48,034 nucleotides of DNA, from positions 1 through 48,034 of the IMG/VR virus record IMGVR_UViG_3300045012_000037. The stretch is one strand, 5' to 3'. Origin of the DNA: a virus. The position numbers and the translations under genes were made by a program. This document shows, piece after piece, positions 40,479 to 46,593 of this stretch; the first letter of the stretch is position 1, and each line of letters begins with the position of its first letter. Under the pieces are notes generated by a model. The model did no database searches, was not told where the DNA came from, and saw nothing but the letters and a program-made list of their open reading frames with translations.

Positions 40479-40921
40479 TAAACATACCCGCCTCGAACTA
40501 GGTGCTCGAGCACACGCTGCACACACCCATCGGCAAACCGATAAATCTCACTGCCACTGAACCGCAGGAGCGTGATGCCAGCTCGAGCGGCAACGCCGTC
40601 TTTGATCTTGTCTCGAGCAATTTGTTCCGGACTCGAATGGTAATCACGGCCGTCACATTCGATGAATAGTACCGGCTCATCTGTGACTTCGCGCACGACA
40701 GCAAAATCAATGCGAAACTGTTTCCATTTATATTGAGGAATCAGAAGAATATTGTTCATTTCAAAAACTTCGCCTAGCAGCACGCGAATGCGTGCACCTA
40801 AATCAATCTCAATCGGGCTTTCACAAACTTCAATTAGTGCCATACGGACGGCAATAGTCTCGAGGATACGCGGCCCATAATCGCCAACGCTTACCCATGC
40901 CCAGGGTTCATCGAGGCTCAT
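40478..40921 (-). CDS. DUF559/Vsr-like endonuclease-domain protein
   Basis: ATGA overlap with the VRR-NUC stop. ...RIDFAVV...VLFIECDGRDYHSSPEQIARDKIKDGVAARAGITLLRFSGSEI fits the DUF559 pattern (D...E.DG..H...D..R...L...G..VLRF). Confidence 0.65.
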   Translation of the reverse strand: MSLDEPWAWVSVGDYGPRILETIAVRMALIEVCESPIEIDLGARIRVLLGEVFEMNNILLIPQYKWKQFRIDFAVVREVTDEPVLFIECDGRDYHSSPEQIARDKIKDGVAARAGITLLRFSGSEIYRFADGCVQRVLEHLVRGGYV

Positions 40922-41280
40922 GCCGCCTGTCCTCGCAAAATGCCCCACATTTCCAGGCATCTGAGCGCACGATCGAGGCCGTGGCAGATGCAGGCAAACC
41001 CGCCAGCATCGCGGATCCGCTCGACAACCTCGTATTGCTGGGCTGTCGGCTTGCCGGTCTCGGTCTTGAGCTCGATCGCATAGACGCTGCCGCGCCAGAT
41101 GCAGAAAACATCAGGCACGCCGGTCACAACGCCCAATCCGGCATTGATGCCGGCCCGTCGACCGCGCTGATGGATGCCGCCATTCATCGGGTGGAATGCA
41201 AACACGCCGGGCGCGGCGCGCTGGCGTAGGTGCATGAAAACGCTTCTTTGGATTGCTTGTTCGCTCAGTGGTCGTCGCAT
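40918..41280 (-). CDS. VRR-NUC domain nuclease
   Basis: ...GVPDVFCIWRGSVYAIELKTETGKPTAQQ has the PD-(D/E)xK arrangement typical of VRR-NUC. The start is taken at ATG 41280; the track start at 41328 is GTG. Confidence 0.65.
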   Translation of the reverse strand: MRRPLSEQAIQRSVFMHLRQRAAPGVFAFHPMNGGIHQRGRRAGINAGLGVVTGVPDVFCIWRGSVYAIELKTETGKPTAQQYEVVERIRDAGGFACICHGLDRALRCLEMWGILRGQAA

Positions 41281-41349
41281 AGGTGCGCGTTTCCGGATAG
41301 GAGCAAAAACACGCACTATTACAAACACCTACCGCACCGCAGTAGGATT

Positions 41350-41535
41350 TTATTCAGCCGCTTCGAGCTGTTCGAGAAGATGGTCGATCGCGATCTGTGC
41401 AGTGCCGCGGCTAGGCGGCCCTTTGGCCTCCCAACGCGAAATAACGCTCTGATCGACGCCAAAACGAGCGGCAAAGACCGCTTGGGATTCCTTCAGGCGC
41501 AGGCGGACGGCCTTAATTTGCTCTGCTCTTGACAT
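41350..41535 (-). CDS. Cro-like XRE-family HTH regulator (first gene of leftward arm)
   Basis: 61 aa. ...LKESQAVFAARFGVDQSVISRWEAKG is a classic HTH_3 pattern. Preceded by a TTGACA-N16-CATAAT promoter. Confidence 0.8.
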   Translation of the reverse strand: MSRAEQIKAVRLRLKESQAVFAARFGVDQSVISRWEAKGPPSRGTAQIAIDHLLEQLEAAE

Positions 41536-41543
41536 TGGCTCGG

Positions 41544-41571
41544 ATTATGCACATCACATAACGCTTGTCAA
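41544..41571 (-). promoter_or_regulatory. leftward early promoter with embedded palindromic operator
   Basis: Minus strand: TTGACA (41571-41566), 16 nt, CATAAT (41549-41544). Operator TTATG-N7-CATAA at 41545-41561. The cro-like ATG at 41535 is 8 nt past the -10, so the mRNA would be leaderless or nearly so. Confidence 0.65.
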
Positions 41572-41592
41572 TGTCTCGTACATAATAGCGTG

Positions 41593-41919
41593 ATGCATAA
41601 TGCATTTATGTCAAGTGCAGCCGACCGGCTCAAACTAGCTCGAAAGCAACGCTACCCGACCGCTGTAGCGGCCGCAGAAGCCCTAGGGCTGCCCGAACAG
41701 ACATACCTGCCATGGGAGAGCGGGCGTACAGGATTTACGCACCGGGCGGCTTTACTGGCCGATTTCTTCCAGGTCAATTTGGAATGGCTCCTCAACAACA
41801 GGGGGCCAATGAAAAAACACGGCGCTCACCCTGTTTTAGAGCGTTTTGAGCGCATCCCGGCTGAAAAACAGCAGGAAGCTCTTGATTTCATGGATTTTTT
41901 GGCCCGCAAGACTGGTTAA
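41593..41919 (+). CDS. CI-like XRE-family HTH repressor
   Basis: ...RLKLARKQRYPTAVAAAEALGLPEQTYLPWESGRT... Lies between the two operator-bearing early promoters. The start could be GTG 41590, ATG 41593 or ATG 41608. Confidence 0.75.
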   Translation: MHNAFMSSAADRLKLARKQRYPTAVAAAEALGLPEQTYLPWESGRTGFTHRAALLADFFQVNLEWLLNNRGPMKKHGAHPVLERFERIPAEKQQEALDFMDFLARKTG

Positions 41920-41988
41920 GCCTTAACTTTATCCACCGGAAATTATGTAGGTCGCGTTTTGCAACCAAGATTTATTATGTATTTCGCA

Positions 41989-42016
41989 TTGACATTGCTT
42001 ATGTGATATGCATAAT
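41989..42016 (+). promoter_or_regulatory. rightward early promoter with embedded palindromic operator
   Basis: TTGACA (41989-41994), 16 nt, CATAAT (42011-42016). Operator TTATGTGATATGCATAA at 41999-42015. 23 of 28 positions are identical to the leftward promoter. Confidence 0.65.
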
Positions 42017-42039
42017 AGCCCTTCTGATTTGGAGGGCAC

Positions 42040-42246
42040 ATGACCACACGCGGCGAAGTCCTTACCGAGCTCCGGCGGCTTGGCTATCAGGTCACATGCG
42101 GCGACCTAGCTGAGATCATGGGCCGCCCCAGCTATTCAGTCGGCAACGCGCTCACCGCGCTTTACTCCCGCGATCTGATCGACCGCACGCCGGTCGTCGG
42201 CGCCAATCAGAAATTCGTCTATCGGGCGAAGGCGGTCGTGGCATGA
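42040..42246 (+). CDS. winged-helix-like small DNA-binding protein
   Basis: 68 aa. GGAGGG RBS. First gene after the rightward promoter. ...CGDLAEIMGRPSYSVGNALTALYSRDLIDR. Confidence 0.65.
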   Translation: MTTRGEVLTELRRLGYQVTCGDLAEIMGRPSYSVGNALTALYSRDLIDRTPVVGANQKFVYRAKAVVA

Positions 42247-42443
42247 AACGATACGCAATCATCGGCACTGAATATCTCGCCGGCGACAAAGAGGTCGTCA
42301 TTTGCGAGCTCGGCAGTAATCCGGAAGCCGCGATCGAGGCGCTGAAGGAAAAAAAATTGCACGTTTACAAAGGGCCCGGGGCTACGCGCAAATCGACTAT
42401 CGGCCGGTATGTCAAGTTGCGGATCGAAGATCGGCAGGCATAG
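42243..42443 (+). CDS. hypothetical protein
   Basis: 66-aa ORF. ATGA overlap with the upstream gene. Confidence 0.6.
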   Translation: MKRYAIIGTEYLAGDKEVVICELGSNPEAAIEALKEKKLHVYKGPGATRKSTIGRYVKLRIEDRQA

Positions 42444-42445
42444 CC

Positions 42446-42535
42446 ATGAACATCCTGCACGATCCCATGATGCCGCTCACGTTTTTGGCCGTGGCGATCG
42501 TCATGATCTTCATCATTGCAGGCACGTATCCATGA
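42446..42535 (+). CDS. 29-aa hydrophobic peptide (tentative)
   Basis: Hand-read MNILHDPMMPLTFLAVAIVMIFIIAGTYP. Starts 2 nt after the upstream stop. Confidence 0.35.
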   Translation: MNILHDPMMPLTFLAVAIVMIFIIAGTYP

Positions 42536-42636
42536 GCTGGTGGGCCTGGATCGGGATAGTCATCGGGCTGTGGCTGATGTTTTCAGTCGGCTTTGCGTGC
42601 GGTTGCCTTTGGTCCGGCGGATTGGACGTTGGCTAA
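42532..42636 (+). CDS. 34-aa hydrophobic peptide (tentative)
   Basis: ATGA overlap. MSWWAWIGIVIGLWLMFSVGFACGCLWSGGLDVG. Confidence 0.4.
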   Translation: MSWWAWIGIVIGLWLMFSVGFACGCLWSGGLDVG

Positions 42637-42818
42637 TGACGCGGAATGATTTTTATAACGAGCGCTTGGCCCGCTATCTCAGCGAAGGCATGGCGATGCA
42701 AGCCGCGCGCGCGCGCGCGTCAGCGGTCACGTGCTCGCATTGGCCACTGACACCGTACACACAAACCGATGCGGATTGGGATACACACAGCCCGGAAGCC
42801 AATCGGTGGCACGAATGA
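42636..42818 (+). CDS. hypothetical protein
   Basis: TAATG overlap. Product MTRNDFYNERLARYLSEGMAMQAARARA... Confidence 0.5.
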   Translation: MTRNDFYNERLARYLSEGMAMQAARARASAVTCSHWPLTPYTQTDADWDTHSPEANRWHE

Positions 42819-43045
42819 GTTTTGCCGTTCACCACATCTGCGCCGATCTGCACTCGCGCACCAATATGTTCGAGGCGGACGCAAAGCATTATCTGTGGAA
42901 GCTAGCCGAACTTAAACAGCACGGATTTTCTGTCGCCACGATGCCAATGATGCAGCTCGCGGCTGATTACGCCACGCTGTTGGACTTGGCCAAGAAGATT
43001 GAAGCCGTTCATACCGAACTGACCAAACAAACGGAGCTGACATGA
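42815..43045 (+). CDS. hypothetical protein
   Basis: ATGA overlap. Product MSFAVHHICADLHSRTNMFEADAKHYLWKLAEL... Confidence 0.5.
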   Translation: MSFAVHHICADLHSRTNMFEADAKHYLWKLAELKQHGFSVATMPMMQLAADYATLLDLAKKIEAVHTELTKQTELT

Positions 43046-43446
43046 CTGAGCTAACCTTCAATGAAATGTTCCCGAGCAAATATTTGAAGTCCGCTGATCT
43101 CAAAGGCCGTGAAATCCGGCTGCGAATTTCGCACATTAAAATGGAAGTGCTCGGTGACGATGAGGAGCCGAAGCCGGTTCTTTATTTCAACGGAGCAAAG
43201 AAGGGCTGCGCTTGCAACAAGACCAATGGCACGGTTTTGTTTGAGGCTTATGGCGAGCCTGACGCATGGCCTGGCAAGGAAATCATTTTGTATCCTGCAC
43301 GAGTGCAGTTCGGTGCCAAGATGGTCGATAGCATTCGCATGAAGATCCCGGATGCCGTTGCTGCGCAGCCTAAAACACCCAAGGCAACTGATCCACCACC
43401 TCCTGAATTCGATAAGGCTGACGATGGGGAAACCATACCATTTTGA
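43042..43446 (+). CDS. SSB-like protein with acidic C-terminal IPF tip
   Basis: 134 aa. ATGA overlap. A beta-rich core is followed by a P-rich linker and the C-terminus ...EFDKADDGETIPF (compare bacterial SSB ...DDDIPF). Confidence 0.5.
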   Translation: MTELTFNEMFPSKYLKSADLKGREIRLRISHIKMEVLGDDEEPKPVLYFNGAKKGCACNKTNGTVLFEAYGEPDAWPGKEIILYPARVQFGAKMVDSIRMKIPDAVAAQPKTPKATDPPPPEFDKADDGETIPF

Positions 43447-43562
43447 ACCACGGGCGACGACGTGGTGCTCGACCGAGCCGGCTCCTGTGCATCAGCCCCC
43501 CAGCCCCTCGCAGGAGCCGGCAAGGTCAAACAGATGGAACGATAGGATAACGGGGATTTGTC

Positions 43563-43727
43563 ATGCGCTACAACAGTTGGGAACAGCGGCAGCTAGACAT
43601 CAAATCCGGCCAGAGGCTCGACAATCTTAGGCGACCGCCGCTCTGCGAGGGTTGCGGTAAAAATCGTTCTGACCCACCTTCAAAGCTCTGCCCCGGATGC
43701 CAAGCCTACCAAGAACATCAGCGTTGA
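43563..43727 (+). CDS. 54-aa zinc-ribbon protein (below track cutoff)
   Basis: Hand-read MRYNSWEQRQLDIKSGQRLDNLRRPPLCEGCGKNRSDPPSKLCPGCQAYQEHQR. Confidence 0.45.
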   Translation: MRYNSWEQRQLDIKSGQRLDNLRRPPLCEGCGKNRSDPPSKLCPGCQAYQEHQR

Positions 43728-43752
43728 TACGGAAACAGCAGGAGAAAACACG

Positions 43753-44088
43753 ATGCTCTACGATCCGAAATGGGAAGTGCCCGTCAAAACAAAGCCGGAC
43801 CTTGCTGAGTTTGTGGCATTCGCTGCCGCGCAGCCTGTCGGCAGCACGTTCAATATCGACAAGCCTCAGGAATGCGCTCTCGGGCAATATTTCAAAGCCG
43901 TGGGGGAGAAGCCCTTGGTGCTGGTGGACGACGCCGCTCAAATGTTTGGCATGGAGACCTATGAGCTCTATCGCATTCTGTGGGGGAGCGGCGGGCGACC
44001 CATCGTGAGGTTTGACGGGATTGCTAGGCGTGGGAAACGATTTTTACGCCCGAGCATTTGGTCCCGCGTCCGCGCAATTTTTGTCTGA
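43753..44088 (+). CDS. hypothetical protein
   Basis: 111-aa ORF. AGGAGAA RBS upstream. Confidence 0.65.
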   Translation: MLYDPKWEVPVKTKPDLAEFVAFAAAQPVGSTFNIDKPQECALGQYFKAVGEKPLVLVDDAAQMFGMETYELYRILWGSGGRPIVRFDGIARRGKRFLRPSIWSRVRAIFV

Positions 44089-44110
44089 TGACAGAACAAC
44101 AGGCAGAAAC

Positions 44111-44290
44111 ATGACCGTTTGGTTCCTATGGTTCTTTCTCTGGCCGCTCGACGCGACGGCGCCTGTTATTCAGGTTCCAAATATAGCGTCTGAGCAAGAG
44201 TGTCACCGCCTGGGCAGTCTTCTTGCCCATCGCGGCTCTAATTCAGACCTCATCGAAATTCATTGCGTGGCCTATGAGGCCGCGAAGTGA
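44111..44290 (+). CDS. small protein with hydrophobic N-terminus
   Basis: ATG 44111 inside track ORF 44012-44290. Product MTVWFLWFFLWPLDATAPVIQ... Confidence 0.45.
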   Translation: MTVWFLWFFLWPLDATAPVIQVPNIASEQECHRLGSLLAHRGSNSDLIEIHCVAYEAAK

Positions 44291-45183
44291 CCGATGTATC
44301 GGCCATAGCGGATCCAGACCGGCCGGTCCTGCGCTGGCACGGCGGCAAGTGGAAGCTCGCGCCGTGGATTATCAGCCACTTCCCGCCGCACCGCGTCTAT
44401 GTCGAGGCATTCGGCGGGGCGGCATCCGTGCTTATGCGCAAGCCGCGCTCTTACGGTGAAGTTTACAACGATCTGGATATGGAGGTCGTGAACCTGTTTC
44501 GCGTCCTTCAATCCCCCGCCTCGGCCGAGGCGTTGCGATTGAAGCTACGCCTCACGCCATTCGCGCGGGAGGAATTCGAGACCGGCTATCTCGATTGCGA
44601 AGATCCTATCGAGCGGGCGCGACGCCTGGTCATCCTCTGCTTCATGGGCTTTGGGTCCAACGGGCACAACAAGGCCACGCGAACCGGATTCCGGGCCAAC
44701 TCAAACCGTTCCGGCACCACGCCGGCGCACGATTGGGCCAACTACCCTGACCGACTGCCGGCGATCATTGAACGCCTCCGCGGCGTCGTCATCGAAAACC
44801 GCGACGCCTTAGAGGTCATGGCGCAGCACGATAGCAGCGAGACCCTTCACTACGTTGACCCGCCCTACGTTTGGGAGACCCGCTCATCGGCGATGCCCCG
44901 AAACCGATGCTACACGCATGAGCTGGACGAGGAAGGCCACCGGCTGCTTCTGGCCTTCCTGGGCGACCTTGCCGGCGCCGTCGTCCTATCCGGCTATCCG
45001 CACGCCAGTTACGAGGCCGCGCTAGGATCCTGGCGCCGCATTGAGATCGACGCCCACGCGGACGGCGCTCGCAACCGCGTTGAAGTGCTTTGGCTCAATC
45101 CAAAGGCCTCCGCCGAGATTGAGAGCGCCCAGGCGCAGTACGATTGGCTGCTAACTTCTGCCAAGACGGAAACTGCAAAATGA
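44287..45183 (+). CDS. N6-adenine DNA methyltransferase, D12 (Dam) class
   Basis: WHGGKWKLAPWI, EAFGGAASV (FxGxG) and HYVDPPY (DPPY) motifs in the order typical of Dam-like enzymes. GTGA overlap with the upstream gene. Confidence 0.85.
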   Translation: MTDVSAIADPDRPVLRWHGGKWKLAPWIISHFPPHRVYVEAFGGAASVLMRKPRSYGEVYNDLDMEVVNLFRVLQSPASAEALRLKLRLTPFAREEFETGYLDCEDPIERARRLVILCFMGFGSNGHNKATRTGFRANSNRSGTTPAHDWANYPDRLPAIIERLRGVVIENRDALEVMAQHDSSETLHYVDPPYVWETRSSAMPRNRCYTHELDEEGHRLLLAFLGDLAGAVVLSGYPHASYEAALGSWRRIEIDAHADGARNRVEVLWLNPKASAEIESAQAQYDWLLTSAKTETAK

Positions 45184-45350
45184 AATTCAGTTGCGGAACC
45201 TGCCCACCCTGCTTGGATGTCCCCTCGGGGGTCTGCGCGGCGATAGTTGGGAGCGACCAGGGAAAGCAAGGGGGCACGGCCGGCGACCGTTGTTCGCGCG
45301 GTAGGCACGGCCCCCACCTATTCGCTTCTGCAAAACTGGAAGGACGGTGA
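45180..45350 (+). CDS. small Cys-containing protein (tentative)
   Basis: ATGA overlap with the methyltransferase stop. Product MKFSCGTCPPCLDVPSGVCAAIVG... Confidence 0.4.
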   Translation: MKFSCGTCPPCLDVPSGVCAAIVGSDQGKQGGTAGDRCSRGRHGPHLFASAKLEGR

Positions 45351-45392
45351 TGCCACATCTTTCCCCATCCGGGACCGGGCGAAATAAGACGA

Positions 45393-45418
45393 TGCCCCGT
45401 CGCTTCGGCGGCGGGGCA
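45393..45418 (+). terminator. GC-rich 11-bp stem with UUCG tetraloop (attenuator/terminator-like, no U tract)
   Basis: tGCCCCGTCGC-TTCG-GCGGCGGGGCa with one G-U pair. Lies between the Dam operon segment and the GcrA/xis/int segment. Confidence 0.35.
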
Positions 45419-45419
45419 C

Positions 45420-45438
45420 TAACTGAGGTTCCTTCTGC
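45420..45438 (+). repeat. intergenic cassette TAACTGAGGTTCCTTCTGC, copy 1
   Basis: Exact 19-mer also found at 45751-45769. Similarity continues to ...TAG.CA..GGAATT before each ATG. Confidence 0.85.
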
Positions 45439-45456
45439 TAGACAGGAATTGAAAAC

Positions 45457-45753
45457 ATGAGCGAGCATACACCGGGGCCGTGGGTTGGCCTCTCAGATGA
45501 TGGGGCGCTGGTCGCCATTATGCCGGCGGCCCGCGAAGGCGACATTTGTTCGTTCATGGTCAGCCCCAATGATGCTGACGGCCGGCTGATAGTTGCCTCT
45601 CCCGACATGCTGGCCGCACTCCGCAACGTCAACAAGCTGATCAGCGAAGCCGCAATGACCGGCTTCAATTGCAAGGACGGCGATTGGGCCGAACGGCTCT
45701 TTACGAGCCAGCAAGTCACCAGCGCGGCGATCCGCAAGGCGCTTGGCAGTTAA
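45457..45753 (+). CDS. hypothetical phage protein
   Basis: 98-aa ORF. TPGPW...LIVASPDMLAALRN is a pattern seen in many phage hypotheticals. Confidence 0.65.
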   Translation: MSEHTPGPWVGLSDDGALVAIMPAAREGDICSFMVSPNDADGRLIVASPDMLAALRNVNKLISEAAMTGFNCKDGDWAERLFTSQQVTSAAIRKALGS

Positions 45754-45769
45754 CTGAGGTTCCTTCTGC
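45751..45769 (+). repeat. intergenic cassette TAACTGAGGTTCCTTCTGC, copy 2
   Basis: Its TAA is the stop of ORF 45457-45753. Confidence 0.85.
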
Positions 45770-45788
45770 ATAGCACGGGAATTTTAGG

Positions 45789-46091
45789 ATGAACCCTTGG
45801 ACGCCAGAACGCATTTCAGAGCTCACGGCGATGTGGAAATCTGGCAAGACCGGCGGATACATCGCCAAGGCCCTTTGCATTTCTCGTAGTGCCGTAATGG
45901 GGAAGTGTCGGCGGCTTGGCTTACTTGGCGACCTCCCGAGCAAAGAAAAATTAAGACGGCGGGGCAGCGGCGTGACGGCGTCATGGAATAGCGGTAATCG
46001 CAAACCGAGGCCGCGCCACAGCAAGGAAACCCGCGAGAAAATGAAACGCGCCCAAGCTGAGCGCCGGCGCCGAGAATCGACGAGTAACTGA
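45789..46091 (+). CDS. GcrA-like cell-cycle regulator homolog
   Basis: MNPWTPERISELTAMWKSGKTGGYIAKALCISRSAVMGKCRRLGLLG parallels the GcrA N-terminus (WTDERVELLKKLW.EG.SASQIA..LG.VSRNAVIGK.HRLGL). Confidence 0.75.
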   Translation: MNPWTPERISELTAMWKSGKTGGYIAKALCISRSAVMGKCRRLGLLGDLPSKEKLRRRGSGVTASWNSGNRKPRPRHSKETREKMKRAQAERRRRESTSN

Positions 46092-46095
46092 GGTT
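46085..46095 (+). repeat. intergenic cassette, short copy 3 (TAACTGAGGTT)
   Basis: Its TGA is the stop of the GcrA-like ORF. GAGG serves as the RBS for ATG 46100. Confidence 0.7.
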
Positions 46096-46099
46096 TTAC

Positions 46100-46264
46100 A
46101 TGAAGATCAAAGAGCCTCCCTGGAATTGCATAAAGTGCAGCCAACTCAATTCAGGTTGGGCGGCCGAATGCGGCCATTGTGGTTGGAAACGCAAGGCGGA
46201 CACCTACCGCAATGACCCGCGCCCGAGTGAGGTCATCGCCAAGGACGGCTGGCCGGAAGAATGA
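46100..46264 (+). CDS. 54-aa RanBP2-type zinc-finger peptide (below track cutoff)
   Basis: GAGG lies 8 nt upstream. MKIKEPPWNCIKCSQLNSGWAAECGHCGWKR fits W-x-C-x2-C-x3-N-x6-C-x2-C. Confidence 0.5.
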   Translation: MKIKEPPWNCIKCSQLNSGWAAECGHCGWKRKADTYRNDPRPSEVIAKDGWPEE

Positions 46265-46593
46265 CCTCCCCCCACCCAGCCACGCTCGACCGCGAGAAGG
46301 AGGACACGACACATCTTGTGCCCGATGACGCCCCTCTGCGGCATAGGGCGATCAAGCGCGGCGGCTGGTTCATCATCGACCAGGAGCTGATCGAGCTTAT
46401 GCAGGTCCCGGAACCGATCGCTAGGGCGGCAATTCAGGCTTGGGACAGGGATCCCCGCACCAGCGGTTTTCCACAGAAAATCAGGCTTTTGGGGGGTAGG
46501 CGCTTCCGCCCGGCCGTCGAAGCCTACTTTGAGCACGCATATGGCTTTAAGCTTGCGGCCTCAAAAAGAGGAGCGCGCAATGATCTTGATTAA
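46261..46593 (+). CDS. excisionase/AlpA-like DNA-binding protein (tentative)
   Basis: ATGA overlap with the upstream ORF. Immediately precedes and overlaps int. ...GFPQKIRLLGGRRFRPAVEAYFE resembles the HTH_17/Xis C-terminal pattern. Confidence 0.5.
   Translation: MTSPHPATLDREKEDTTHLVPDDAPLRHRAIKRGGWFIIDQELIELMQVPEPIARAAIQAWDRDPRTSGFPQKIRLLGGRRFRPAVEAYFEHAYGFKLAASKRGARNDLD

Noticed and set aside
43352-43630. 92-aa plus-strand ORF bridging the SSB-like gene and the Zn-ribbon ORF
   Set aside because: It overlaps both better-supported neighbours. Its P/S/R/Q-rich translation has no motif. The interval 43447-43562 is left unannotated.
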